DNA of 64,000 bases from Leucoraja ocellata (taxonomy: Eukaryota): NCBI GenBank assembly GCA_036785375.1, contig JAWMAR010000061.1:3162001-3226000 (forward strand), in the 5' to 3' direction. Positions 40,561 to 53,774 of the stretch are shown here, piece by piece. The notes beneath the pieces were generated by a model, which did no database searches, was not told the DNA's origin, and saw only the letters and a program-made list of their open reading frames with translations. The stretch's first letter is position 1, and the number at the start of each line of letters is the position of its first letter. The position numbers and the translations under genes are program-made.

Positions 40561-40929
40561 GTAAGATAAAAGAAATTTTGCTAAGCACTCAATGGGTCAA
40601 TCAGCATCTATGGAAAGACGTTCAGGCCCTGAATCCTTCTACAGAATTGGGAAGCAGAAAAAAAAAGTTAGTTTTGTCTTCAGTAGAAGATTGAAAAGGA
40701 ATGGGTAAAACAAATGAATCTTGCTAATTCATTCTGATAGAGTGAGACCAAATATGTTAATGTTGCAGTTAAGTAGCTGTTAGGATCAGTTTGTACTTCT
40801 TTGTCTATGTACATTTGTTACTAATGGTAACACAGTGTGATATGCCAAGGAGGCTAAACTGTGCAAACAGAAGAAAGAAAACAGCCAAATTGATAATGGC
40901 AGAACTGGTCATTTCTGCAGGCAGAACAA

Positions 40930-41780
40930 GCAAGTTACCTCAACTTGGAGAATTTCTAATCGAGAACTAAAGGTTGCAACATGTCTAAACTAACCTTTCT
41001 GCACTGTTACCGCTAGAAAGACTGTTTGGGTCTCTGAATAGTGGGAAGGGAAGAGGTGAAAGAACGGGCACTACAAATCCTGCGAAACTGCCAATAAACA
41101 GGGCACATTGGGTGTGGATGGAAGAGTGGACCAGGGTCAACAAAGGAACAAACCCATCCCTTTGAAATACCAAAAAGAGCGAACGGCAATATGTGCCTGG
41201 TAGTGGAATCTTATTGGAGCTGCCAGAAATTACAAAGAATGTGGAGGTGAGCTCATGGAAAAGAAGGATCAAGGGAACTCTGTTCTCGCTTTGTCACTGA
41301 GGGGAAGGGTTGAAAGCAGTAAAACAGATGGAATGCCGATAAAAACTGTCAAGTACAATTCAGGAAGGAAGAAATTTCACAGGCACCTGTGCAAATTGTC
41401 TCATCATTACAGCAAATGTGACAGGGGCAAAGGAACTTGAGAATGGAAAGGAGTCTTTGTGGGAGATGATGGGAGGAAGTATAGTCAAAATAGTCAAACC
41501 AATCTGTGGGCTTGTAATGAATTTGGCAGCTAGTCTACCCCTTTAAAAGGAGATGGAGATCCAGGAAAGAAAAGGCAAGTGTTAGAGATGGACCACGTGA
41601 AGGTGGCAGCGAAGATTGTGAGTCCTGAATGAATACAGGAGAGCACCTGTATCCTGGCTTTGAAATGTTAACTGTTTCTCTTTCCACAGATGCTGCCTGA
41701 CCTGGTTGATCCTCTGGTGCCTCTAGCATCAATGTTTTTAATTTTCAATTCATACACTATTCCAGCATCGAGCAGCGTAT
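40930..41780 (-). mobile_element. Old degenerate PLE internal fragment plus terminal repeat
   Basis: Decayed match to 26520-27080; tccacagatgctgcctgacc terminal motif. Confidence 0.55.
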
Positions 41781-43959
41781 TATTTTCAATTCTGGTTTCA
41801 CCTGATAAGGATGTGAAGGCTTTAAAACAAGAGATAAATGAGAATGATTCTTGAGATAACAAATGACAGGGTGACCAGGCCTTCTCCAGTGATTCTCTAG
41901 CCATACTGTACATTAACTCTTAAAAAGCAAGTTACTCATTCCATTGTTTAGTAATGGAAATGAGTAAGGGGTAGTAATGGAAGAGGGTAGTAATGCACAG
42001 CAAGTCCATAAAGTTCTAAGCTTGACAGCACTAATGTATAATGCCAGCACTTGCTGGTGGCAAGGGTTTTATTAATCCATAATGTTTATCTTCTTGTTAA
42101 TCAAATCACTGGCATCACAGGCTCACAGTAAGCAATACCCTGATAACTCTTTCGCCCACTCTCAAATTCATCCATGCTGTAAACTTATTCTCACCATAAC
42201 TCCGGCCAAAAATCCACTGTAAGTCTGCCTTCGCTCTTCAAATTCTCCTCATTACCAAATAAACACGTTACCAGTGATAGCTCTCGCTTCCACTGCAAAC
42301 CTCACCATCTATTTTGTCCTTTCAGATGCTCCTAGGGGCCTACCACTTTAATCAAGCTTTTGATCATCTGTCTTGGCCTAGGGTCCAATTTAATTTAATA
42401 ACGCTCGAATGTGTGCATCATTTTTACTTATGGGATTTGCATGAGGAAGATGGAGGGCTGGAAGAAGAAAGAAAAAAACAGCTTACTCCTCTCTTGCATT
42501 AACCTCTGCTGAACCCAAAGGAAGGCAGATAATTTGTAAGATTGTGCTGGATCTTTGTGCAGGAGTTTTGCAGGGGCACCACATGATGAAATGATAAGGT
42601 TGTTTTATTTGTAACAGAAGAAGCTGAAGGAAATGTGGATGGATGATAAAATGAGGGACCTTAAAATAGGAAGGATCTATTTCATCTCCTTTACTGTTCT
42701 GATGAAGGTTACTGACTCAAATATTGACTGCTTCTCTCTCCACAATTATTGTCAGACCTGGTAAGTTTTTCTCTCACTTTATTTCTCTGTTACAGACTTC
42801 CCAGACTTCATACATGTTTGTGTTTAAGAAATAATCTTCATTTGTTTTCACTTCCATTTCTAATCGTCTAAATAAGCAAGTTCATTTAAAATCAGGTAAT
42901 TAACATCCTGTAGTGAGATGTTTCAATAGCATTGAATGAATAACCATAATAAACAGGAAAAACTTAAATGTTATTCAATGTGTAACTATGTTTCTATCTG
43001 AAACCACATTCTGAAAACCATGTACCACTTGATATAATAACCCATGAATGCCAAGGTGACAATACCCCGACATACTAAAGCCGTGATTTCTTCAGAAACT
43101 GACCAACATATTTTATTATAAAATGGGAGATGATCAACTACTAATCTAGTAAAAATAGTTCAGAATGTAGTAAAGAAAAGAGGTGCTACAGGAATGCCAC
43201 AGGTATGGTCGGTAAGATGACCAATTGTTTGGACAGAGAGGGACATTTTAAGGAGTTTTATTTTAAAGGAGAAGTTTTCCAGGCCCCGATCTTGGTAGCT
43301 GAAGACATAACTGCCAATGTCTGTGCAACAAAATAAATAAGAGAGAGTAATACTCATCTCAGTGCATGATGGAGTTGAACAAGATTCTACAGAGATTAGC
43401 CAAAAAGGGACCATATTTTTTTTTAATATGTTATAAAACGTAAAACATGTTTTAATTGTGTTTTTTAGAATGCAGAGTTCACTGCAAAGGCCAGCATTTA
43501 TTGTCCATATCTCATTCACCTTGAGAAGGTTGGCAGCAAGCCAACCCGAGTCATTGCATTCTTCTCATGAAGGCACTCTCAGAATTCATGGGCTAGGGAG
43601 TTCCACGCTTTCGACCCGCAACAAAAGACAAGCGGCAGTATATTTGTAAGTCGGAATGCTGTGCTGGCTGGGGAAAAAAAATGAATGTACTAGCGGCACA
43701 AGAGACGGCAAGTGCTGGGATCTGAAACTAAATAAAGACCTGGAACAATTCAGCGGGTCGAGCAGCATCTATCTAGGGGAGGCAAAAGAGATTAGTCAAT
43801 GTCAAAAATTCAGATCACAACCAGCACTATCCTGATGCAGGGTCACGATCTGAATTATTTTGGTGTTCTCCTTTTGTCCTGCCCTGACAATAGAAACTGT
43901 AGGTTTCACTATGCTGTTGGATTAGTCTAGGAGAGTTTCTCCAATGTCCACCTCCATGT

Positions 43960-44718
43960 TTTGAGAGGTGGGGACAATTCCCCCCCCTCACCCCGTGTTT
44001 TTGTAATCCGGATTTGAAATTCAGTGAACATTTTTTTTTTTAAATCTCTGCATTCCCACGAGACAGTGGGGGTGGGACTGATGAGTGAGGGCGCCCGATT
44101 GGACGAGACCGACGTCGGTCAGCAGGCAAGGGGGGAGAGGGTCCATGATGATTCAGCGTGATGATTGGAGGGAGATGTTGGTCAGAGGCGGAAGTAATGG
44201 GGTGGGACTGAGGATAGAGCACGGTGATTGGTGGAGGAGACGTCCTGGTGGAGCAAAGATCATAGAGCGGTGCTTGAATCGGCCTGACACTGGGCCTTTC
44301 ATCGCCCGGCCAGGCACGGCTTAAAAACGGCCGCGGGATCTTCCACCGTCCCGCGGTCAACTTGCTGCAACGAGGCGGTCGAAGTTCCTGATGCAGAAGC
44401 CCTTGCCGGGCGATGGAAGATCCCGTGTCCAATTTTAAGCCATGCCGGGCAATGAAAGGCCCCACGAACGGGCCGATTGAAGCCCCATGGGCGGACGAAA
44501 CTGCTGTTGCTGGAGTTCGGAGTCGGTCACCAACCAGGTCAGTTCCCGATGTTATCGTCCATAGGGTACTGCCGAAGCCTTGTGGGTGCGACCGCCAAGA
44601 AATTGCGTCCCCACACCTCCTCCCCCCCCCCATGTTTTGATAACGGATTTCCGCCCCTGGCTGCGACTATGACGGGTGCTGGCACGTCGTCAAAAAAAAA
44701 AAATCGGGTAAGGCCCTT
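43960..44718. mobile_element. CpG-rich DNA-transposon-like composite insertion
   Basis: Sharp GC/CpG block. hAT-like end (revcomp CAGGGGCGGAAATCC, ending 44659) and Harbinger-like end (...gggtaaggccct|taa). Left partners not found. Confidence 0.5.
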
Positions 44719-47399
44719 AAAGGGTGCACAGTATACCATTGCACAAAGGTGGTGAAGGTTATTAATGTTTAGATTGGTGGATGGGGTCCCAATCTAGCAG
44801 ATTTGTCTGCATGTTGCTGACCTTTTAGTGCTTTTGCATTCATTTGGACAGATACAGAATATTCCATCATGCTCCTGATGTGTGCCTTATCGATAATATG
44901 GTGAGGTGGTGATTCATTCGCCACAGGATACCCGGCCTCTTATCTGCCAATGTGCTTGTGAGTTGAGTTCCTGATCATTGCCGGTGGGGGATTCAGAGAA
45001 TGATCAATAAATGACACTGAATGCCAAGGATAGACTCCATCATGGTTGAAGATGGTCATGCCTGGCACTTCCATGTCACATGTGTTACTGTCACTTATCA
45101 GCTCTCGTCTAAACCTAGTCCAGGTCTTGCTGCATGCTTAACATGGAATGTTTTCTTTCTTGGGAATTATCAATGGATTTTGACTTTTGACGCCGATGAT
45201 ACATAATAAGCTGCAGCAAAAACTGGTTTGGATTGGCCCATTGCTCTGAGAATGTTGCAGTGATGACCTGGGGCTACAATGCTTGAACCCCTAAAATCAC
45301 AACCATTTTCCTTTTTAAGTAGAACATTTTTCAACCATTGGGGTATTGTAACAGGAGAAAGTGCATAAGCATGTATTTGGCTCCTTTGGTCTACTTCACT
45401 CAATAAAATCACAATGTCAACTTCACCAGTTTTACCAAGGCTCCTTGTCAAATGTTGCCTTTATGTCAAGGACACCCATTGTCACTTCATCTTTGGAATC
45501 GAGCCATTCAATCATGTTTGGAATAAAGGGAGAAAGAGGACTAAATGTGACTGATCCTTGCGAATCATAAACTGGTCATCAATGAGCAGGTTATCAGTAG
45601 GCAATGCCCTCTTGATATCACTGTTGACTCTTTCAATCACTTTGCTGACAATAGACTGATTGGAGAGTAATTAGCCAAACTGGATATGTTCTGCCTTGTG
45701 TGCATTAGGCAGATTTGAGCAATCTTTCATTGCTTAACCAGTAGGCAAAGAAGTTCAGGGTAAACAGATGAACAGGATTTTTTTGCAAGTTAGGACGAGG
45801 AGAGTCAATGTTTTTATGAGCTAAACTTTACAGAGGGCAAAATATCAGACAACAGCCAGGGACATGTTTGAAAAATCTTATCCACTGCACAAAAATCACT
45901 TAGTATTTACTACTTGGTGTACTGTAGTTAATGTAATTCAACCGCTTATATGTATAACAATGTATCTGCACTTAAAATGTTGGTAGAAAATAGTCCCTCC
46001 ATTTCCCTTGTCTTCATGTCTATCAAATTCAATCAATTTGGTGCCGATTTTATTTATTAGCAATTGCAATATGTCGTGGAATTCAAGACTATCGCTATGA
46101 CTTTTCCTTCCACTGACACCTCAGCAACTAGCAACAAGCTCAGTTCATACTATTTTAAGATCAATGTCAAAATATTACGTATACAAACTACCACTGAATC
46201 AAATACATAGTTTGGACAATGAATCGATCAGTAGCAGAGGTTTACGAGAACATGTGGTTAAATGTCATAGATGAACTACAGTTTCATATGTTTGAGATCT
46301 ATAAATGGCTGAAACATTGATCAGGTGGATGATCATATTCACAGAGTACAATACAAGTCATCAAACCTATTCAATTTATAGTACTGGACAGAATGCAACA
46401 AACATGGGATTTATGTTACTGTCACTAAAAATTAATTCATTAAAATCTTTGTGTCAATCTGCTGGAAAAGATGAGTAGTTCAACTTTCATATTTGCTATT
46501 CAATTTTTGAATATGACCCGATTCATTGGTCACCTACTCTCAACGCAAATACTGAATCTCAGAACAAATCTTTGTCATGTGGCTGTTTAAAAGTGAATAT
46601 TGTCTTCATAAACTACTAATGTAGATAATATCAAAGTGTGCCACAATGTAGTAAGGAAAAATTAGGTTTTATTCCTTTAGCATCTACGATTCAAAGATCA
46701 ACCAGTTTAACACAAATGTTCTTCCAAAAACGACAGGATTCGCTTTAAACACAAGATTGCATTCTTTATATTTCCAAAATATGTGAAAGCTTCATAATAC
46801 CCTCTCCTAATAAACAGTACTGTATCAAATTCAATGTATAATAACAAGTATTACAATATGTAAACATAACAAGATAAGAAATATCGTTCTGCCCTTTAGT
46901 TTCCGCAAAAACATTTATCATCCATCGTATTTTCTCCACTGCACAACTCCGCATAGCTGTATTCTAATAAATCCCTAACTTTATGCAAACAAATTTAAAT
47001 ACAAATTGCATCGCTCACACCCGTAAGTCTATGGTGGTGCAGCAGTCCGAGACGGGCAGCATGGTCAAGGAAAGCGTACGTCCTGCCTACAAAATGCCTC
47101 TTTCCACCCACTCGATTTATTTTTGCCAACCAATTTTTTTAAACCATCTGCGAAACCATAGGCGAAAAGAAATCAAGGTCTTTCCCTTCCCACTACCCAA
47201 GAGTTGGTCTGGAAGTCTATCCGCCATTCAAGGACTTTCAGAGGAATAGAAATGCGGATTTCACGATAAAAATGAATCCGAGAAACCTTTCTCCCAGCCC
47301 AGGTTGCATTGGCCGAGGTGTTTCACAAAACAAAAAGTTTGGCAGGAACCGTTTAACTTTGCACGGGGGGAGAGATGTCGTTGGCTAGCAATGCGCAAA

Positions 47400-48030
47400 C
47401 TTTCTTCACCGTGGGATTTTTTGCAACGGTATTAAACCAGGGGGAGAGAAAAGGAGTGAAGATCGCGGTGCTTCTTCTTGCAAGTTTGGGCTACGTCTTG
47501 GATTGTATGCGGTGCTGGCCACATTGCCAGCCGTGCTCGCTCGGGGGGCGGCCGGCCGGGCTGAGGCAGCTCGCTCACCCTCACCCTCAGCCCCGGCTGA
47601 AAGTTATTTTTAAAAATCAAACACTCAATTTCACCGAGGTCCACAACCGTGGGGAGCGGTAGAAACACAAGGGTCTTACCTCTCGGATGAGGAGGGTGAC
47701 AGCAGCGCTGGATTTACCGATGAAAATACCTCAATTGATCCCTTTTTTCCCCCCCTTTCTCCCGGCCGCGTTTATTTCCCCCCTCACTGCCGCGCCGCTG
47801 TGGTGCGGACTGAAAACAGTCGACAGCGCGCGCTCCCGACAGTGCGCGCGGCTGGATGGGGTCTGTCGCGCGCACGCCGGCAGCGCCAGGGCAAGGGAAT
47901 GTCTGTGGTGGAGAGCGGGCGGGCGCGCGCGCGCATTCCCCCCGAGGGCTCGCGCACAGCGCGGGCAAATGGGCAGCTCGAGCGAGCTGCGGCATCAACG
48001 GACTTCCCCCCCCTCAGGGGAGGGGGGGGG
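47400..48030 (-). promoter_or_regulatory. CpG-island promoter
   Basis: Dense CpG and GCGC runs (NRF1-like gcgcgcacgc, gggcgggcg GC box) in an otherwise CpG-poor background. Does not match any repeat in the window. Confidence 0.8.
47680..47900 (-). other. Probable first (non-coding) exon of an unidentified minus-strand gene
   Basis: Strong donor GAG|GTAAGA at 47680/47679 inside the CpG island. TSS position approximate. Confidence 0.55.
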
Positions 48031-48034
48031 GGGG

Positions 48035-48177
48035 ACATAGACAATAGGCGCAGGAGTAGGCCATTCGGCCCTTCGCCGCCATTCAATATGATCATGGCTG
48101 ATCATCCAACTCAGTATCCCACCCCTGCCTTCTCTCCATCCCTTTAGCCACAAGGGCCACATCTAACTCCCTCTTAT
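48035..48177 (-). mobile_element. Short CR1 3' end abutting the promoter
   Basis: Near-identical to 48530-48680. Confidence 0.85.
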
Positions 48178-48514
48178 ATATCAACCCAAGCAAATAGTCA
48201 ACCTTGAAAGTGATGCAAAAACAAAATCACTGTTTGCTTGATGGTTAGTTAAACTGGAGATAAAGACAAATTATGAGTTTGTGTCACTTTGAATATGACT
48301 ACATTACATTCATATCAAATCTAGAAATTATCACTCCCTGCTTCTAAGTAGCATTTGTTAAATGCAGGGAAGGAGAGTTAAAATTTCAGGTGACATTTTC
48401 AACACAATGGACATGACCTGTAATATTACAATATTTATATTGTCTGCGTTAGTAGCATTTTCTAACAAATAACTTCAGTTGCATATAGATGCTATACATC
48501 AAATGCAGGTATCT
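48175..48514 (+). repeat. Local direct duplication, copy A (copy B at ~52387-52741)
   Basis: ~340 bp alignable base by base. Copy A lacks an internal segment of about 16 bp present in B. Confidence 0.95.
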
Positions 48515-49325
48515 AGAACATAGAAACATAGAAATTAGGTGCAGGAGTAGGCCCTTCGAGCCTGCACCGCCATTCAATGTGATCATGGCTGATCATCCAA
48601 CTCAGTATCCCACTCCTGCCTTCTCCCCATACCCCCTGATCCCTTTAGCCACAAGGGCCATATCTAATTCACTCTTAAATATAGCCAATGAACTGTGGCC
48701 CCAACTACCTTCTGTGGCAGAGAATTCCATAGATTCACCACTCTCTGTGTGAAAAAATATTTTCTCATCTCGGTCCTAAAAGTCTTCCTTCTTATCCTTA
48801 AACTGTGACCCCTAGTTCTGGACTTCCCCAACATCGGGAATAATCTTCCTGCATCTAGCCTGTCCAACCACTTAAGAATTTTGTAAGCTTCTATGAGATC
48901 CCCCCTCAATCTTCTAAATTCCTCAATCCTCAATTTTCTATGACTGTATGCATGTAAATAGATTTATTTATTGAAATCATATTCTATGTCGCTCTTCCAG
49001 GGAGATGCTAACTACATTTCGTTGTCTCTGTACTGTACACTGACAATGACAATTAAAGTTGAATCTGAATCTGAAATTCTAGCGTGTACAAGCCGAGTCT
49101 ATCCAGTCTTTCTTCATATGAAAGTCCTGCCATCCTAGGAATCAGTCTGGTGAACCTTCTCTGTACTCCCTCTGTGGCAAGAATGTCTTCCTCAGATTAG
49201 GAGACCAAAACTGCACGCGATACTCCAGGTGTGGTCTCACCAAGACCCTGTCCAACTGCAGTAGAACCTCCCTGCTCTTATACTCAAATCCTTTTGCTAT
49301 GAATGCTAACATACCATTTGCTTTG
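48515..49325 (-). mobile_element. Young CR1 LINE 3' fragment interrupted by a (GAATCT)n-tailed LINE 3' end (~48930-49073)
   Basis: KANGMLAFIAKGFEYKSREVLLQL..VLVRPHLEY..QFWSP; RRLRGDLIEAYKIL...FFTQRVVNLWNSLPQ; tail (TTCTATGT)n. Confidence 0.92.
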
Positions 49326-50840
49326 GAGAGGCAATGGAGGGCAAATAGTAGAGGGACAAATGAGAGAAAGGAACAACAGAGAGCAATAAAATGGAGGGGG
49401 GGGGGTGTAAAAAAAAAAGATGGGCAATTCAATGAGAGGGGGCAATAGGTGAAAATAATGAATTGAAAGGGGCAACATCACAAAGGGGGTAATTGTATTG
49501 AGGGGCAATAGAATGAGGTATTAAAATAGAGGGGTAATCGAGGATGGGGAATTCAATAAGGGGGCAGTATGTGGAGATAATAAAATAAAGGGTATTGAAT
49601 GGGCAACATCATAAAGGGGTAATCGTATTGAGGGGGCAATAGAATGAGGTAATAAAATGAAGGGGTCAAACAAAGAAAGGGGCAATATAGTAAATGGCAG
49701 GGGCCGCGGAACATTGGGGGGGCTGAGCGATCACTGATCACCGGCCTAGGGAGCGGAGCGGCCGAGCGTGGTGGAGGGGGAGGGTGGCACAACTATTATA
49801 ACTATTATTTTTTGTTGTTGCTCGACCTACTGGGGGGGGGGGGGGGAGAGAGGGGTGGGGGCAGTTGGTTTCCGCCATGGTTGGTCGTGGTTTTGCCCAA
49901 AGATCATAGAGTGGGCTCCACTCTATCATCTTTGGTTTTGCCATGCTCACTGTACGCTTGTTCTGAGATTCTGGATGTCGGAGATCCTCAGAAGAAGAGA
50001 AAAATACGCCCGCGGGCCGGATAATTTCGGGTTATGAAGCATGTCTTGCCAAAAAAGTGGAGGGGCTCCAGCCCCCCCAGCCCCCCCAGTTCTGCGGCCC
50101 ATGAATGGTCAATGGAATTGAGCAATAAAATGGAAGGGGACAAAGACAAGGGGCAATGGAAGGGAGGAATAAACTAATAGAGACTGGGCAACATAAAGGG
50201 GCAATTGAACAGAGGGGCAATAGAATGAAGTAAGAAAATTGAGGGGAGAAAATGGAGGGTCAAAGAAAGAGGGGCTATCTAATAGAATGATAATAAAATG
50301 GGGTCAAATAAAGAAGGACATTGTAATAAAGGGGCGACAGAGTAGAGTGGCAACAAACAAGGGGGTGAATGAAAGATCAAAGCAATACAATATGTGATAG
50401 AAGGGAAATAGAGAGGAGAGGGGCAATAGAATGACTAATCAAAATATATGCTATAGCATGGAGAGGCATAGAAAGAAGGTGATTTAAATCAAGGGGCAAT
50501 AGAATGGTATTAATATAGGGGTCTGAACAGAGAGGACAAAGAAAAGGGCAATAATAGGGAGGAGTGAGGACAACGGGCTTTAGAATGGAAGGTAAATAAT
50601 TAGAAAGCCTGGAGAAGTGAGGAGGCAATTAAATAAAATGGCAATTGGAATACAGAATAAAGTGTCAATAGAATGGGGAGATGATAGAATGAAGGGGCAA
50701 ATGAAGAAGAGAAATTGAATGAAAAGGAAAGGAAAAAAAGAAAAGCAATGAAGTAAAGACACAAAAGGATGGACCAACATGTGGAAAATGAATAGTTGTG
50801 GCAATGAAAAAAAAAAGGTGATATGAAGGCAAAGGAATGT
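49326..50840. repeat. Purine-rich degenerate satellite (GGGGCAATAGAATG motif)
   Basis: Many ggggcaat(a) units, strong A/G strand skew, ~130-bp higher-order repeat (49469 vs 49601). Confidence 0.8.
49698..50103. mobile_element. MITE with hAT-like TIRs and 5-bp TSD
   Basis: CAGGGGCCGCGGAACATTGGGGGGGCTG / revcomp CATGGGCCGCAGAACTGGGGGGGCTG. aatgg at 49693-49697 and 50104-50108. Confidence 0.8.
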
Positions 50841-52386
50841 AAAAAATAAGGTGGGTCATAGAATAGGTTAACACATTCAAATTGTTTATAAGCAGTAATA
50901 AAATCATACTTATATCTTGTAATTAATGAATCGGTTGAGGGTTAACTACAGGCCCATGGATTCACTGCCCTGCTGTTCAAAGATGCACCAATCACTTCTC
51001 CATTGGAGTTCAACTGAAACGTTTGTGCTCAAGTCTCTGCAAAGGGAAGGACCCTAAGTTTTAAATTCAAAGGTAAGAATATTACTAACTACATAATTGA
51101 GATAAACATATTCTCATTTTCAGAGTTTATTCCTTCTTTCTAAACAGAGAAAATGAATCACCATCACCAACCCACACACCCCAAGTCCCACCTGTTGCCA
51201 TGGTGTTGTATCAATAGAAATAGATTTGGGTTGCCCAACTTATAAAGCACAATAAAATCCGTCAAGGAAGCCAGTTTGCAATTTGTACAGTGTAACTGCA
51301 GCATGATTAACATTCAGTTTCAAGTGCCAAGTATGTAAAAATAGTTGTGTTTTTCATTGTGTTCAGTCTTTCCCGTTGGAATTGTTGACATAGTTTGGAG
51401 AAGGAAAATGAAAAGCCACTGAAAGTAATACAATTTTCTCTTGAAATATAAGCTGTTCAATTTTGTTTGCACATGCTCCAAAATATACGTCTAAGTGAAT
51501 TGCACCCATTGCCTTAAAAATGTTGATGGAGGTTGATTATTGAGTTGATTATTGGCTCCAGAACGCTAAATGCAAAAGCATACGATACTGCAGCTGCTTT
51601 AATGTGTTGAAGCTTGGAAGAACTGAGCAGGCCAAGCAACAACTGGGAGGCAAAGGTTTGGCTGACATTTTGGATTGAGACCATGTATCGTGAACATTAA
51701 ACCTTCACCACAGTAACTAAGAATAGCCAATGTCAATTGTCATTTGGAAATTTTTGTGGAATGTGGGTGTAGTAGGAACAATTTGGAGGAAGAAAATCCC
51801 GAGTTGGGAGATTTATGGGGGAATTTAAAGTTATAAATCATTAACAATTAAGCTGCTTCCTAAGATTCATTGTACAAATATTGGATGGTTGATCCAGCAG
51901 CTGTGACTCAAAATCCCGTGGGGGGGGGGGGGGAATCTACATATTTTCAGGATAATATGTGCATAATAAAGTATTTGGAATTAATAATATGTGCATAATA
52001 TTTATCACAGTCTAAAGTACATACTGTATATTATTTGTGAAAGTCAAAAAAGTTGGATGGAATGTGAAGAATTTTTACACATTGGTTTTATCCAGAATTC
52101 TGCCTGTAAGTGTGATGGAACAGGTCTATCAAAAGTGAATTGGATAAGCTTTGGGTAAAAATAATCGGTAGCGTAACAAAGAAAGAGCAGGAGAATAGAA
52201 TGGAATACATTTCTCAGAAAGGAACCTGATGGACCCTTTAGTCTATAAATCTTTCTTCTTTACCATATATATTATCTGCATCACAGATACACACAATTTA
52301 GCATGAATGGAAAACTAGACCAAGGGTGGAACTTCCTGCCAGCACAAATGACAGATATATTAATGTACTCATTGTTGAGCTTAGAT

Positions 52387-52741
52387 TATATATCAACCCA
52401 AGCAAATAGTCAACCTTGAAAGTGATGCAAAAAAAAATCACTGTTTGCTTGATGGTTAGTTTAGACTGGAGATAAAGATAAATTATGAGTTTGTGTCACT
52501 TTGAATATTACTACATTATATTCATATCAAATCTAGAAATTATCACTCCCTGCTTCTAAGCAGCATTTGTTAAATGCAGGGAAGGAGAATTAAAATTTCA
52601 GGTGACATTTTCTACACAATGGACATGACCTGTAATATTACAATATTTATATTGTTTGTGTTAGTAGCATTTTTTACAAATAACTTCTGTTAAAGGTTCA
52701 GTTACTGCATATAGTTGCTATATATCAAATGCAGGTGTCTA
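52387..52741 (+). repeat. Local direct duplication, copy B (likely source)
   Basis: Matches 48175-48514; flanked by unique sequence. Confidence 0.95.
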
Positions 52742-53774
52742 CTGGATTATGTGATCACAACTATGGAACCACAATTAATGTTTGCATGCAATGCGACGGA
52801 AATCCTCATGAAACCTATCCAGTAATTTCCAGATATATGGATGGGGAACTCAAGAGGCAAGTGTGTTAAATTGTCATATGGATGGGCAGCAGAACAATTA
52901 AATTCTTATTTTCTGCAGCTTAACAGGCCCATAAATGTAATGAGGTTAAAATCATCTCACATCTATATAATATGATCCCCACATATAAACAGCCTGCCAA
53001 CATCAAGATTCCTGTAAATAAGACAAAGTCCAAAACAAATTAAATTAATCAAACTCGCACGGGTAAATGCTTTCAGGAGTTAAGGAGGAATAGAATGGGC
53101 AAAAGAAACATTATCTTTCAAACCACCATGCTGTACCAGTACAACACAAAACAACAAATGTCATTGCAATTTCTCCCTGCAAAGTTTAATTTAGCTATAG
53201 CTGTGAAGCGGTGCTAACAGACTGTATAAATCAAATCAAATAAAATAGCTTGTCCAAAATGGAAACGAATTACATCAAGACACACATAAAGCAGGTTAAG
53301 AGAGAAAAACAAGCAAAATGCCATCAAATCATAATTGACATTCTAATTACATGTCTGGCTTGTTTTGTGAAGCCAATCAAGAAATAACAACTGTTCCAGT
53401 GATGTTCAGCTGTGAGCAGCAGAGAAATGCACCCCATTCATTGACTTTCACATATTAGATATGGATTACCACATATAATTAACACACTAAAGCACAATCT
53501 AAGGTTTAATTTCTATTTATTGATAGCAACTCTGAAAAACACTGCAGAATTGTTATCAACCTGGCCGCTTTATCTCACAATTTAAATGCAGAAATAACAA
53601 TTCTCTTCCCCTTTGTTATTGAATTTGCTTTTAGATAGGCACATGGATATGCAGGGAATGGACAAGTATGTTTCATGTGCAAGCAGATGAGATCAGTTTA
53701 TCTTGGCATTGTATTCAGAATTGACATTGGGGACCGAAGTGTCTGTTCCTGTGCTGTATTCTATTTGTTTGTGC

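Noticed and set aside
44040-44633. 197-aa ORF
   Set aside because: Arises from a GC-rich repeat-like block; low-complexity Pro/Arg/Ser sequence with no domain.
47375-48147. Several overlapping ORFs in the CpG island
   Set aside because: Stop-poor GC-rich sequence; frames run into CR1 sequence or across the splice donor.
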